A stretch of DNA of 64,000 nucleotides from Chitinophagales bacterium (lineage in GTDB: Bacteria; Bacteroidota; Bacteroidia; Chitinophagales; CAVYQA01): positions 16,955 to 80,954 of the forward strand of contig CAVYQA010000002.1 in NCBI GenBank assembly GCA_963770495.1. Reading direction: 5' to 3'. The translations under genes and the position numbers were made by a program. This document shows positions 26,122 to 36,561 of this stretch, piece by piece. Position 1 is the first letter of the stretch. The number at the start of each line of letters is the position of its first letter. The notes under the pieces are model-generated. The model did not search any database. It saw nothing but the letters and a program-made list of their open reading frames with translations, and was not told the DNA's origin.

Positions 26122-26268
26122 TTATTTAGCTCCGCTGCGGCGCTGAGCGGTTAAGCGCTTTACAGAACCTTTGCCGAATGGATTTACGCCGCCGGGCGCC
26201 TTTTGTTTAGCTTTGCCGAATTGTGCTGTTACCTTGGGATTATTGCCTTTGCTGATTTTCTTTAGCAT
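26122..26268 (-). CDS. possible small basic protein (48 aa)
   Basis: MLKKISKGNNPKVTAQFGKAKQKAPGGVNPFGKGSVKRLTAQRRSGAK. GC is higher than in the flanks. Below the ORF-track length cutoff. Confidence 0.25.
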   Translation of the reverse strand: MLKKISKGNNPKVTAQFGKAKQKAPGGVNPFGKGSVKRLTAQRRSGAK

Positions 26269-26334
26269 AGTATTAAAGTTGGGTTAGTTAATTATGTGGC
26301 GTTTCTTTTAATTACTTTCTGACAACAAAATTAA

Positions 26335-26670
26335 CTAAATTTCTATAAAATTACTGTGATGTGCAAATTCCTCTTCTTCCAGTTTCAGGAACGTGTAAGT
26401 GCCCGCATCGGTCTTGGTTATTTTCCCGGCTTCTATCCATTTACCTGTTTTAATAAAATGAAAAAAGAAACTTTCTGAGCCGCCGGCCAAATTCATGCGG
26501 TAAAAGAAATCGTCCAATTTCACTGCCTGAAGTTTACTGAGACGCAAACTATAGTCATCACCAACGGGTTTAAATTCCTCTGCCAGAAATGTTCGTTTAA
26601 AGTTTTGAAGCTTGGCAGGGTTAGAACTATTACCTGAAACAGCTCGTATCTCAATCTTTATCTCGGACAT
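26335..26670 (-). CDS. hypothetical protein
   Basis: Start chosen at MSEIKIEIR. No recognised motif. Confidence 0.45.
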   Translation of the reverse strand: MSEIKIEIRAVSGNSSNPAKLQNFKRTFLAEEFKPVGDDYSLRLSKLQAVKLDDFFYRMNLAGGSESFFFHFIKTGKWIEAGKITKTDAGTYTFLKLEEEEFAHHSNFIEI

Positions 26671-26789
26671 ATTATTTACGTTTTCACACAATATACCACT
26701 AAATCGGTTAATAACCGCTTATTGTTCCGAACACCTCCATTTTAAAGACTACTCGTCAAGATCAGGTTGTTGTTAAAAAATGGATAACC

Positions 26790-27911
26790 TTAATGCATCT
26801 TCTCAATTGCCAGCCACATTTTTTCTGCGGTTTTTTGCCAGGAAAATTTCTGCCGCTGAATGCGTCCATTGGCAATTAATTTTTCGCGAAGAGGATTATC
26901 AGAATATAACTGCAACATAGCGCCGGCTATAGCTGAAACAGAGTTAGGGTCAACCAGCAACCCTGCATCACCGGCCACTTCGGGCATGGAGGTAACATTT
27001 GACGTAATGACTGGCACATCGCAGTTCATGGCTTCAATAATGGGTATTCCAAAACCTTCGTACAGGGACGGGTACACCAGGGCAGTTGCCGCCGCCGTTA
27101 CTTTCGCCAAGCCGTCTTTAAGCAAATGACCTAAAAAAATAACATCATTCTTAAATTCCATACTTTCATAGGCAAGAATGGTGTCTTCGGTATCCCATGC
27201 CTTGCGCCCGGCAATGAGAAGCTTTACACCCGATGATTTCATTTTCTTAAAGGCATCGAATGCCAATAAAAGATTTTTCACATTTTTTCGCGGCTGAATG
27301 GCGCCGATATAAATAAAATAATCGCTGCCCTGCGTGTAGGTTTTTTTTATTTCTGTTTTTTCACTCCCGGTAATGGGGCGAAACAAATCATTTGCGCCAT
27401 TATAAATCACATCAATTTTATCCTCGGCAATGCCGTAGGTTTTGATAATGTCGTCTTTTGTGTATTGTGAAACGGTGACTACCCTGTTGGCTTTTTGCAA
27501 ATACTTTGGAAAATAATTCCTGTAATACCACAAGGCAAGCCGGTCGAGGTGCTGCGGGTAATGCTCAAAAGCAATATCGTGCGCCACCAGCAGCGTTTTA
27601 ACCTTAGAGCGCAGGGATAAAAAATTATCGGTAGAAATAAAAATATCGGGTTTTATTTTTTTCAGCGCCGAAGCCACAGAAAATTCAAACCACCAATACC
27701 ACAAAAACGGGTGACGGGCGGGCGGGAAAAGCACTAAAGGGGTTACATTGGAGGAAAATATAAATTCCTTATCGTAAGGGCGGTCAAATAAAAAAATAAA
27801 TTCACATTCAGGGTGCTGTTTAGTGAGTATCCTGAGGGTTTCATAGGTGAACCATCCTATGCCTTCCAATTTATTCTTAATTAAAAAACGGGTATTAACT
27901 ACAATTTTCAT
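26790..27911 (-). CDS. glycosyltransferase family 4 (GT-B)
   Basis: C-terminal YPSLYEGFGIPIIEAMNCDVPVITSN (EX7E region). Confidence 0.9.
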   Translation of the reverse strand: MKIVVNTRFLIKNKLEGIGWFTYETLRILTKQHPECEFIFLFDRPYDKEFIFSSNVTPLVLFPPARHPFLWYWWFEFSVASALKKIKPDIFISTDNFLSLRSKVKTLLVAHDIAFEHYPQHLDRLALWYYRNYFPKYLQKANRVVTVSQYTKDDIIKTYGIAEDKIDVIYNGANDLFRPITGSEKTEIKKTYTQGSDYFIYIGAIQPRKNVKNLLLAFDAFKKMKSSGVKLLIAGRKAWDTEDTILAYESMEFKNDVIFLGHLLKDGLAKVTAAATALVYPSLYEGFGIPIIEAMNCDVPVITSNVTSMPEVAGDAGLLVDPNSVSAIAGAMLQLYSDNPLREKLIANGRIQRQKFSWQKTAEKMWLAIEKMH

Positions 27912-27976
27912 ATCTTGAAAATCCGCAAAAATTTCTAATGATAATAATATTTATTTTTATCGCACCATAACAGCCC

Positions 27977-29428
27977 ATGCAACGAAAATTTTTCACCAAT
28001 CTTTCCTTCCTGTTCTTCCTAAACATCATTGTGAAGCCGGTATGGATATTTGGTATTGACCGCACCGTGCAAAACACGGTGGGCGCACAAAACTACGGGT
28101 TGTATTTTGCATTATTCAATCTGTCGCTGGTTATAAACGTGGTGCTGGATTTGGGTATCACCAATTTCAACAATACCACCATTGCGCAAAACCCTCACCT
28201 GCTGGGTAAATACCTGCCAAATGTGCTTACCTTAAAAATAGCGCTGTCGTTTATTTACGTGGCTGCCACCATGATAATAGGATTATGCCTGGGGCTATAT
28301 GGTATTCAGCTTTACCTGCTTTTCATGCTGCTGCTGAACCAGGTGCTTGTTTCAATGGTGTTGTATTTGCGCTCAAATATTTCGGCGCTTCACTTGTTCA
28401 GGCTCGATAGCATTATTTCCGTTTCGGATAAACTTATTACAATTATTATATGCTCATGGCTGCTACTAACCGTGTCGCTCAGACAACACTTTACGGTAGA
28501 GTGGTATATCTATGTGCAAAATATTTCGCTGCTGATAATTCTTATTACCTGCCTTATAATTGTGCGCAGCAAATCGCCTGTTTTCGGGCTTAAGTTTGAT
28601 TTAGTGTTTCTGCGGCTGATTATAAAGCAAAGCTACCCGTTTGCCATTCTGATTCTTTTAATGACGGCTTATACGCGCATAGACGGCATTATGGTTAAAA
28701 GCCTGTTGGGGCAAAACGGCGACCGCGAAGCGGGTATTTATGCTTCAGCTTACCGGCTTTTGGATGCATTCAATCAATTCGGCTACCTATTTGCCGCATT
28801 GTTATTGCCTATTTTTGCAAGAATGATCCGGCTTAAAAGCCCTATTGAGCAATTAGTGAAACTTAGCTCCACCGCTATTTTCATTCTCTCGTCCGTGACA
28901 GCGCTCACTATTTATTTCTTCCGCGATAATATCATGAACCTGTTATATAAGGATTCTTCGCCTTATTCGGCTTCCATATTGGGTTATCTTATATTTTGTT
29001 TTATGTGCACGGGAACGGTGTATGTTTTAGGCACCTTGTTAACGGCAAACGGCAATCTTATGAAATTAAGCGGTATAGCGGTTATCGGCGTTATAGTTAA
29101 TTTCACATTAAATTATATACTCATTCCAAAATATGAAGCCAAAGGCGCAGCCATTGCCGCCATTATTACCCAGGTGATAGTGGCTGCACTACATATCATG
29201 CTGGCAATAAATATCTTTAAACTTAAAATAAATGTAAAGCTCATCGCTCTTCTTATCATCTATTTCCTGCTATGCGTCACTATTGATTATTATGCTTACC
29301 ATTGGCTTACTATTGACTGGAAGCTCAATTTTATACTCTGTGGGGCTGTTGACCTGGGCATTGCTTTCATTTTAGGTTTAATAGATATAAAAAAGGTTAT
29401 AGAGCTGGTACGCAACCCTTCATTTTGA
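27977..29428 (+). CDS. oligosaccharide flippase (Wzx/MOP superfamily)
   Basis: 483 aa, about 12-14 TM segments, located in a polysaccharide locus. Confidence 0.75.
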   Translation: MQRKFFTNLSFLFFLNIIVKPVWIFGIDRTVQNTVGAQNYGLYFALFNLSLVINVVLDLGITNFNNTTIAQNPHLLGKYLPNVLTLKIALSFIYVAATMIIGLCLGLYGIQLYLLFMLLLNQVLVSMVLYLRSNISALHLFRLDSIISVSDKLITIIICSWLLLTVSLRQHFTVEWYIYVQNISLLIILITCLIIVRSKSPVFGLKFDLVFLRLIIKQSYPFAILILLMTAYTRIDGIMVKSLLGQNGDREAGIYASAYRLLDAFNQFGYLFAALLLPIFARMIRLKSPIEQLVKLSSTAIFILSSVTALTIYFFRDNIMNLLYKDSSPYSASILGYLIFCFMCTGTVYVLGTLLTANGNLMKLSGIAVIGVIVNFTLNYILIPKYEAKGAAIAAIITQVIVAALHIMLAINIFKLKINVKLIALLIIYFLLCVTIDYYAYHWLTIDWKLNFILCGAVDLGIAFILGLIDIKKVIELVRNPSF

Positions 29429-29481
29429 TGTATTAAAATAGTGTTAAATTTCCCTACCTTTGCGCCACATTTTTAAAAATT

Positions 29482-30444
29482 ATGCCGGAATCATTTAACC
29501 TTGTCGGGTTTATACGACTAATAATCGGCTGGAGAAAGCCGATTATCATTGTTTGCAGTATAGCCGCCATCGGCACTTTCATAATAACGGACCCGCATAT
29601 TATGCCGCCGTATTACAAATCGGAATGCATTATATACCCCGCAAACCCGGAATTAACCAGTACGCAAAACCTTTTTTACTCCAACGCGCAAACCACTATA
29701 TTCGGGCTTTCAGCCGATGTTGACCGTGTTTTAGAAATTGCACAATCTACCCCCATTGAGCTGTATATGGTGCATAAATTTCATCTTTTTCAACATTACA
29801 GAATTGACTCGGCAAAAGAAGAATACCCGATGGACGCCGTGCTAAGTGAATTTAAAGATAATTATGACGTGATAAGAAACGAGCGCGGCGCGATAGTAAT
29901 TTCAGTGGAAGACCAGGACAAGCAATTAGCCGCAGACATGGCTAACGAAGTGACGGACCATATAGACCAGGTTTATAAAGATGTCGTAAACGGCAATAAA
30001 GAAAAAATACTTGGAATCTACCAGCAAAAGGTAAGTGATAATCAGAAGAAAATTAAACAACTGACTGATTCCATTCTTACCCTGAGAAACAAATACAATT
30101 TTTTTGACGGAATAAACAAGATGGGCAGCAATATTACCGTGATGAATAATGATTCATTTCAAAAAGCCTATGAGCAAATAAAAACGCTTGAGGCACAGGA
30201 GCAGTTCACCATTAAGGACCTTAATAACTCCCTGACTGATTTTTCGCAGTACCAGGCAAGTATCAGTAAAGAAGTGCCAAGTATCTATGTTGTTGAAAGA
30301 GCCACACCCGCCGAACGTAAATCTCGCCCGATGCGTACACTTTCCGTTTTGGGTGCAGTAATAATTTCATTCATCCTTACCGTTATTTGCCTTATTATCA
30401 TTAATAAATATAAGTCCATAAAAGCTGAGTTGAAAAATGATTAA
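29482..30444 (+). CDS. polysaccharide chain-length-determinant-like protein (Wzz/GumC-like)
   Basis: N- and C-terminal TM helices flank a long coiled-coil periplasmic region. Stop overlaps the next start (ATGATTAA). Confidence 0.55.
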   Translation: MPESFNLVGFIRLIIGWRKPIIIVCSIAAIGTFIITDPHIMPPYYKSECIIYPANPELTSTQNLFYSNAQTTIFGLSADVDRVLEIAQSTPIELYMVHKFHLFQHYRIDSAKEEYPMDAVLSEFKDNYDVIRNERGAIVISVEDQDKQLAADMANEVTDHIDQVYKDVVNGNKEKILGIYQQKVSDNQKKIKQLTDSILTLRNKYNFFDGINKMGSNITVMNNDSFQKAYEQIKTLEAQEQFTIKDLNNSLTDFSQYQASISKEVPSIYVVERATPAERKSRPMRTLSVLGAVIISFILTVICLIIINKYKSIKAELKND

Positions 30445-31912
30445 ACCCGTTGCCGACCGGTTTATCTTTAGCCAGTTTGCTGTTTTCAGTCTCATTCTGC
30501 TTGGTTCGCTATTCTATGGCATTTATGCTTATAGTATCTATGTGCTGGCTATACCTTTCGTGGTGTTGTTCTTCTATATATCTATAGTGGATACCCGGTT
30601 AGTGTATTTTTTCTTTCTTGCATCAATTCCCGTATCCATTGCCGTCAGCCTTCCCGGCGGGTTTTCCACCGATTTTCCGGGCGAACCGATTATGGGCGGC
30701 TTGATGCTGATATTTTTTGCCAACCTGCTTTTTAAAAAGGATTATGTGAAAAAAGAATTTCTAAGCCATCCTATTATTATTTTCCTGTTTATACACCTGG
30801 CATGGATTGTAGTGACTGCCTGTTTTTCAAGCATCTTTTATTATTCATTCAAATATTGCCTGGCGAAAACATGGTACGTGGCTGTGGGCGTTTTTCTTAC
30901 CGCCCTATTAATTAAAACCATGCGCGATAAGCGGCAGTTTTTTTGGTGGATATATTCACCCCTGACAGCAACTATATTAATTATTCTCCTGCGACATGCT
31001 CTTAATGACTTTTCATTCGACAGCATAAACGATATGGTGGAGCCCTTTTATATTAACCATGTTATGTACGCTGTAATGATGTGTATTTTTTTCCCGTTTC
31101 TTTGGTTCGCTGCATCGTGGTATGAAAAAGGCACGTTTAACAGGCAGCTGCTGCTTATTTCGCGCCCTCTTTATTTGGTGGCTATATTTTTTTCATATAC
31201 CCGTTCAGCATGGGCAGCAATAATCGGTTGCGCCGTGTGTTATTTTATAATTCAATTAAAACTATTGCAGTGGCTTTTCAGTGCATTTATGGCAGGTGTC
31301 GTAATTATTATCATTTATTTCAGCATGGGCAACCGCTACCTGGAATATTCCCCCAATTATGATAGCACCATTTACCACAGCACACTTGGCGCGCATCTTA
31401 CAGCGACCTACGAAATGGAAGATTTGAGCAGCGCCGAGCGCATTTACCGGTGGATTGCAGGATTGCGGATGTGGCAGGACAGACCTGTTTTCGGTTTCGG
31501 TCCATCAACATTTTATAGTAATTACAAGTCGTATACCGTCTCAAGTTTTATGACTTATGTGAGCGATAATCCCGAACAGTCAACCGTGCATAATTATTTT
31601 TTGCTTGTTCTTGATGAAGAGGGTGTGCCGGGCTTACTTATTTTTTTCACTCTCTCCTTTGTTTTGTTTCAGCAAGGACAGCGGATTTATCACCAAACAA
31701 AAGATAAAGATGAGAAAAGCTGGATTATGGCGGTATTGCTATGCCTTATTGCTATTTATATAACCACTTTTTTGAGTGACCTTATAGAGACAATAAAAGC
31801 GGGTACATTGTTTTTTATGTGCATGGCTTTTTTGGTGAACCAGGATATAAGGAATAAAAAATTATTAAAAGAAGCGGCAACTGAGAAAACTGACGTCGTC
31901 GCTGAAGATTGA
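30437..31912 (+). CDS. O-antigen ligase / Wzy-like polymerase family membrane protein
   Basis: Polytopic protein with the YTRSAWAAIIG block typical of the Wzy_C domain, followed by a large loop. Confidence 0.7.
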   Translation: MIKPVADRFIFSQFAVFSLILLGSLFYGIYAYSIYVLAIPFVVLFFYISIVDTRLVYFFFLASIPVSIAVSLPGGFSTDFPGEPIMGGLMLIFFANLLFKKDYVKKEFLSHPIIIFLFIHLAWIVVTACFSSIFYYSFKYCLAKTWYVAVGVFLTALLIKTMRDKRQFFWWIYSPLTATILIILLRHALNDFSFDSINDMVEPFYINHVMYAVMMCIFFPFLWFAASWYEKGTFNRQLLLISRPLYLVAIFFSYTRSAWAAIIGCAVCYFIIQLKLLQWLFSAFMAGVVIIIIYFSMGNRYLEYSPNYDSTIYHSTLGAHLTATYEMEDLSSAERIYRWIAGLRMWQDRPVFGFGPSTFYSNYKSYTVSSFMTYVSDNPEQSTVHNYFLLVLDEEGVPGLLIFFTLSFVLFQQGQRIYHQTKDKDEKSWIMAVLLCLIAIYITTFLSDLIETIKAGTLFFMCMAFLVNQDIRNKKLLKEAATEKTDVVAED

Positions 31913-33112
31913 TTTGCCGGTGAATTCCTTAGCCGTTATTAAAATCTTTTTATTCAAATCCTTCATAGACTTATAATCTCCGCCACGAATGATATTTTCC
32001 AAAATATCCATGCCATACGGCTGGTCTTTTGAATTTTCCAATTCAACCAAGCCATCGGTGTAACTAAACAATATGGCGTTGGGAGCAATTTTAATCTTTT
32101 GCACGTTCACCTGCGGCAAATAATCGAACATGCCGAGTATGGTGCTGCCTTCGCCGAGATGATAAAATGTGCCTTCTGAATAAAGCAAGGGCTGCGGGTG
32201 ACCGGCATTAACATAAGTAAGTTCTCTGGTCTTTAAATTATATTTGGCTAAAAACAAGGTGATATAATATTCGCCGCCGGTAATTTCATTTACTTTTCCG
32301 TTAAGTTCCTGGATAAGATTTTCAAGTGTGATTGAAGCATCGGCATTGGAGCTAAGCGCCGCCTGAAAATTCGCCATCAATAAAGCCGCTGCCACGCCAT
32401 TGCCCGAAATATCGCCTATGCAAAAAATAAATTCATCATCGTTAAGCGGAATATAATCGTAATAATCTCCCCCCACTTCATGATTGGGTAAATACAAACC
32501 CGCCATTTGTAAAAAATCGTTATCGGGCAAAACATCGGGAATAAGTTGTATCTGCACCTCTCCCGCCAGTTTCATATCGCTTAGCAGCTTGGTTTGTTTT
32601 TTACTCTGGTTAACCAACCGTTTATTTTCAATAGCCACACAAATAACATTTGTGATGGTTTGGATGTAATTCAATTTATCATCAACCGTATTAATATTAT
32701 CATCCGGCAAGATGCCTAAAAGCACTACGGCAAGAGGCTGGTCTTTATGATAAACCGGGATTGCCACCTGGAATATATCTGCTACTTTTTTATGCCCCGG
32801 GTGATTAAGAAAAGTGATTTGCTTGATGTTTGAAACAAATTCCACGAGATATTCTGAACTGAATAATTGTTTGCTTACACCGTGCAAATTCTTACAGTGC
32901 CAGTATCCGTCATAGGTAAATACCGTCCAGCGCTTTAAGCCTAACTTATTTTTTAAAATGATCTCATATAAATTAAACAACCCCTCTTCTGATAAATTGT
33001 TGTTAATAGCCGTTGTGATTTCCAACAGCGAGGTCATCTGGTTTTGTTTTTCAATGAGCCGCCTCTCCAGCCGCAAAACTATATCGTGAGGGTCAATAGC
33101 CGTGATTGCCAT
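31865..33112 (-). CDS. GAF-domain PP2C-type (SpoIIE/RsbU-like) serine phosphatase
   Basis: GGDYYDYIPL...FCIGDISGNGVAAALLMA...YTDGLVE motifs, with an N-terminal GAF-like region. Confidence 0.85.
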   Translation of the reverse strand: MAITAIDPHDIVLRLERRLIEKQNQMTSLLEITTAINNNLSEEGLFNLYEIILKNKLGLKRWTVFTYDGYWHCKNLHGVSKQLFSSEYLVEFVSNIKQITFLNHPGHKKVADIFQVAIPVYHKDQPLAVVLLGILPDDNINTVDDKLNYIQTITNVICVAIENKRLVNQSKKQTKLLSDMKLAGEVQIQLIPDVLPDNDFLQMAGLYLPNHEVGGDYYDYIPLNDDEFIFCIGDISGNGVAAALLMANFQAALSSNADASITLENLIQELNGKVNEITGGEYYITLFLAKYNLKTRELTYVNAGHPQPLLYSEGTFYHLGEGSTILGMFDYLPQVNVQKIKIAPNAILFSYTDGLVELENSKDQPYGMDILENIIRGGDYKSMKDLNKKILITAKEFTGKSIFSDDVSFLSCRFF

Positions 33113-33151
33113 ATCAACTAATAAAATAACTATACAAAATTATTCCGAAAG

Positions 33152-34333
33152 TTACACACTTTTACCCTTTATGTCTAAAGCATCTCTCAACGCATTGCCC
33201 ATTATATTGAACGCAAGCACTAAGAGCATAATGGCTATGCCGGGAATTATAGCCAGGAACGGCTCGCTGCCTATTATAAAACCATAGTTCTCTTTTACCA
33301 TTGTGCCCAAAGAAGGCGTAGGTGGTTGAACGCCAATGCCCAAAAAGCTTAACCCCGCCTCTATAAGAATGGCGGTGGCAAAATTCGCTGAAGCTATTAC
33401 CAACACCGGTCCTAACACATTGGGAATGATGTGCCTTAAAATTATTCTCCAATTACTAAAACCCATGCTGCGGGCGGCTTCCACATATTCCATCTCGCGT
33501 AAACTCATTACTTGTCCGCGTATTAAACGCGCCACGCTAACCCACATGGTTAGCCCCACCGCAACAAAAATGCTCCAGAATCCCTTGCCCAAAGCCAGCG
33601 TAATGGCAAACACTAATAATATAGTGGGAATTGACCAGACTACATTTATAAGCCACATAATCACTTCATCTGTTTTCCCCCGGAAAAAACCTGCCGCGCT
33701 GCCCAAAATAATACCTATAATAAGTGAGATAGCCACTGCAATAAATCCAACAGAAAGCGAAACACGCAACCCGATAATCAAACGGCTTAAAATATCCCTG
33801 CCAAACATGTCGGTGCCGAGCCAAAATGTTTTTTGTTTGATAAAATCATCCTCCACTTTTTTTCGCAAATCTCCATATTTCATTAATTTGCCTTTATTAT
33901 TATTACTATCCCCGTAAATTAGTTGTACGATGTTATAAACACCTTTTGTATTTGAAAGTCCTGTGCCTTTGAAAATAGTTGCTATAAGATTTCCATTATT
34001 AAAATGATAATTAATTAATGGAACAGACTCATATTGCTTTTGTTTGCCCCAAATCATTGTTTTAAAAATATTCTGATGAGATGCCACGTTATTTTTCAAT
34101 TCAAGCAATTGAATTTTAAACCCCGGCTTTTGAAGAGCCAACGGAAGATTAATATCATTAGCATCGGGCGTGGAATCGGGAGTAATAAGATAGCCAAGCG
34201 CAGCAATAACACTGATTAAAATGATAACTACAAGGGCGCTTAATGCAAGGTAATTTTTCCTGAACCGTTTCCATGCAATTTTGGCGGGAGATTCTATTAG
34301 CTGTGATTGTTTTTTTAAGAAATCGGAAAACAT
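33152..34333 (-). CDS. ABC transporter permease (Opp/Dpp C-type)
   Basis: The region around EAARSMGFSNWRIILRHIIPN carries the EAA-like permease signature; 6 TM segments. Confidence 0.9.
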   Translation of the reverse strand: MFSDFLKKQSQLIESPAKIAWKRFRKNYLALSALVVIILISVIAALGYLITPDSTPDANDINLPLALQKPGFKIQLLELKNNVASHQNIFKTMIWGKQKQYESVPLINYHFNNGNLIATIFKGTGLSNTKGVYNIVQLIYGDSNNNKGKLMKYGDLRKKVEDDFIKQKTFWLGTDMFGRDILSRLIIGLRVSLSVGFIAVAISLIIGIILGSAAGFFRGKTDEVIMWLINVVWSIPTILLVFAITLALGKGFWSIFVAVGLTMWVSVARLIRGQVMSLREMEYVEAARSMGFSNWRIILRHIIPNVLGPVLVIASANFATAILIEAGLSFLGIGVQPPTPSLGTMVKENYGFIIGSEPFLAIIPGIAIMLLVLAFNIMGNALRDALDIKGKSV

Positions 34334-34384
34334 GAATGTACTTATATCAATTAGCCTTAAAATTATTCAGTAAAAAAATAATAA

Positions 34385-34494
34385 GATTGCTTCGCTATCG
34401 CTCGCAATGACACGGAATTGTGGGAACTTTCGTCCCGCTAAAGCGGGACGAAAAATACTCCCCTTCACCTGTCATGGCGACTCCTAATGAAATC
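34385..34494. repeat. ~110-nt foldback intergenic element (copy B)
   Basis: gattgcttcgctatcgctcgcaatgac ... cgtcccgctaaagcgggacg ... gtcatggcgactcc...gaaatc. Same architecture as 441-559. Confidence 0.7.
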
Positions 34495-34496
34495 GT

Positions 34497-35630
34497 TTAG
34501 CGAATCTCCCTTCCTTTCCATTTTTGTTTTGCAAAAGTTCCGGTAATGCCCACAATCAGTACATAAATAATATGCATAAACTGTGCGGGTAAAAATACAG
34601 AAAGTAAGTCTTTCCGCTTAAAGAATGATGCTACCGAGCTTAGCAGTAAAAACTCAGTCACCAATTTGACAATTACCTGTACAAACAATAGTTTAAGGAT
34701 TATACCTGAAAAGAGCGCTGCAACAATATTTACTACCAATAAAAGATTAAATAAATAGGCTAAAAACAAAATGGTTGTAATGCGTTTATCGGAATAGTGA
34801 GTGGATTTTGAGGTCCATCGGCTGCGTTGCACAAAGAATTCTCCGACAGAGCGCTGGGGATAGGTGAAAACAGAGGCTGCCCTGCTTTTTAAAAACCCCA
34901 CGCTATGCGGATATTTTTTTACCATTTTATGCATCAGCAGCATATCATCGCCGCTGGCAACGTGGTCAATGCCTTCAAATCCGTTTACATCAAAGAACGC
35001 CTGTTTCTCATAAGCCAGGTTAGCACCGTTGCACATGACGGGAAACTGGTGAAAGATGCCACTGCACGTAATCCCCATCAATCCTAAAAAATCAAGGGAT
35101 TGAAACTCTTCAAACATATTTTTCTCATCCTTAAACAAAACAGGTGCGGCAATTAGTTTATACGAATTAGATTCATAATAGCTTACAATACCTGCCAGCC
35201 AAAGCGGCTCCATGCGGCAATCGGCATCTGTGGTAACTATCAATTTACCTGATGCGTTACTTACCGCAGTTTCTACCGCCTTTTTTTTATAGGCTGCGAA
35301 AATGCCGTCTTCTTTATCGTGTAATGAAATAAGTTTTAAATTTTTCTTATTGAAGCCCTTAACAATTTCAGAGGTGCGGTCAGTTGAATTATCATCTATC
35401 ACTATTACTTCAAGAAGATGTTCTGGAAACTGCTGGTTAAAAATATCAGTAAGGCATCGGGCAATATTTTCTTCTTCGTTTCGCGCGGGAATTACTACTG
35501 TAACGATTGTACTTAACGTTTCAGAAATTGATTTTTGTTGTTTTGCCATCATCCAGCCATACCAATACCACAGCATAAGTGCGCCATAGAATGCGGTAAT
35601 GAGAACGATAAAAAAAATATAAATAAGCAT
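34497..35630 (-). CDS. glycosyltransferase family 2, membrane-integrated
   Basis: VVIPARNEEENI, VIDDNSTD, TDADC (DxD), QRSRW (QxxRW-like), C-terminal TM helices. Confidence 0.85.
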   Translation of the reverse strand: MLIYIFFIVLITAFYGALMLWYWYGWMMAKQQKSISETLSTIVTVVIPARNEEENIARCLTDIFNQQFPEHLLEVIVIDDNSTDRTSEIVKGFNKKNLKLISLHDKEDGIFAAYKKKAVETAVSNASGKLIVTTDADCRMEPLWLAGIVSYYESNSYKLIAAPVLFKDEKNMFEEFQSLDFLGLMGITCSGIFHQFPVMCNGANLAYEKQAFFDVNGFEGIDHVASGDDMLLMHKMVKKYPHSVGFLKSRAASVFTYPQRSVGEFFVQRSRWTSKSTHYSDKRITTILFLAYLFNLLLVVNIVAALFSGIILKLLFVQVIVKLVTEFLLLSSVASFFKRKDLLSVFLPAQFMHIIYVLIVGITGTFAKQKWKGREIR

Positions 35631-35634
35631 TTAG

Positions 35635-36450
35635 CTATAAATTATTTTGGGGGACCAATTGCTGAAGTGTATCATTCAAATAATCTTTCATTAAATTATG
35701 TCCTTTGTCTAAAACTATAAGTTTGCTGTTTTCTAATCCTTTCACAAAAAACTCTCCCAATGCAGGTTTCATCACGGGGTCATATTTCCCGAATATCAAA
35801 TATATTTTAATGTGGTGAGCAGTAATCTTATTTTTTATAGTGGTCATATTCTCTTCCAACTCGCGCAAACACAACCAGGTGTTATATACTTTCAACCGTT
35901 TCTGTTTCGTTTCACCCCGCAGCTTTACCAATTTCACGGTGCCGTCGTTTATTATGCCCAATACATTTAATAGTCTCAACAAAAACATAAAAGGATAGGG
36001 AAAATTGATAAACAACCTGAATAACGCCCTGCCAAATGCCGGGTAGGTTGATACATTGTACCACACGTTGTTTTTTATCCCGTCGGGCGCTATAAGAATG
36101 ACTTCATCAATTTTAGAAGGCATTTCCATAATCAAACTCATCACCAATTTTCCGCCAAGGCTGTAGCCGATAACAGAAAACCGCTCCCTGTTAAACCGCT
36201 GCAGAATTTCGTTAACCAGCTTTTTAAGATGAAACGGGGTTAACAGTTTATGCTCATTCCAAATCGTGTTGCCGTGAAAGGGCAAATCAAAAGCTATAAT
36301 GGTGTATTCCTTGCCCAGTGAGGGTTCCAGCATCTTAAACTTATCGCCGTCCTCATCAAAGCCATGAAACGCCAGCATAAGTTTATCGCCTTTACCGATA
36401 GTTTGGTAAGCGATTTGCCCGTCTTCTATCACAATAAAATCGCGGTTCAT
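35635..36450 (-). CDS. alpha/beta-fold hydrolase
   Basis: HGF oxyanion region, GYSLGG nucleophile elbow, C-terminal GH. Confidence 0.8.
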   Translation of the reverse strand: MNRDFIVIEDGQIAYQTIGKGDKLMLAFHGFDEDGDKFKMLEPSLGKEYTIIAFDLPFHGNTIWNEHKLLTPFHLKKLVNEILQRFNRERFSVIGYSLGGKLVMSLIMEMPSKIDEVILIAPDGIKNNVWYNVSTYPAFGRALFRLFINFPYPFMFLLRLLNVLGIINDGTVKLVKLRGETKQKRLKVYNTWLCLRELEENMTTIKNKITAHHIKIYLIFGKYDPVMKPALGEFFVKGLENSKLIVLDKGHNLMKDYLNDTLQQLVPQNNL

Positions 36451-36561
36451 CTCATTATAACAATTTTAACCCTGCATCAATGTTAGTTACTTTGTGCGAG
36501 AAATTGAAGCTGCACAAATTTTATAGGGCGAGAATACATTTAATTTTCTATTTTTAAAACC

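Noticed and set aside
31865-31912. 48-nt convergent overlap between the O-antigen-ligase-like gene and the SpoIIE phosphatase gene
   Set aside because: I considered it as a sign of a mis-called stop or a frameshift. Both C-terminal tails are short, non-conserved-looking extensions, and both proteins are otherwise complete, so the overlap is probably benign.
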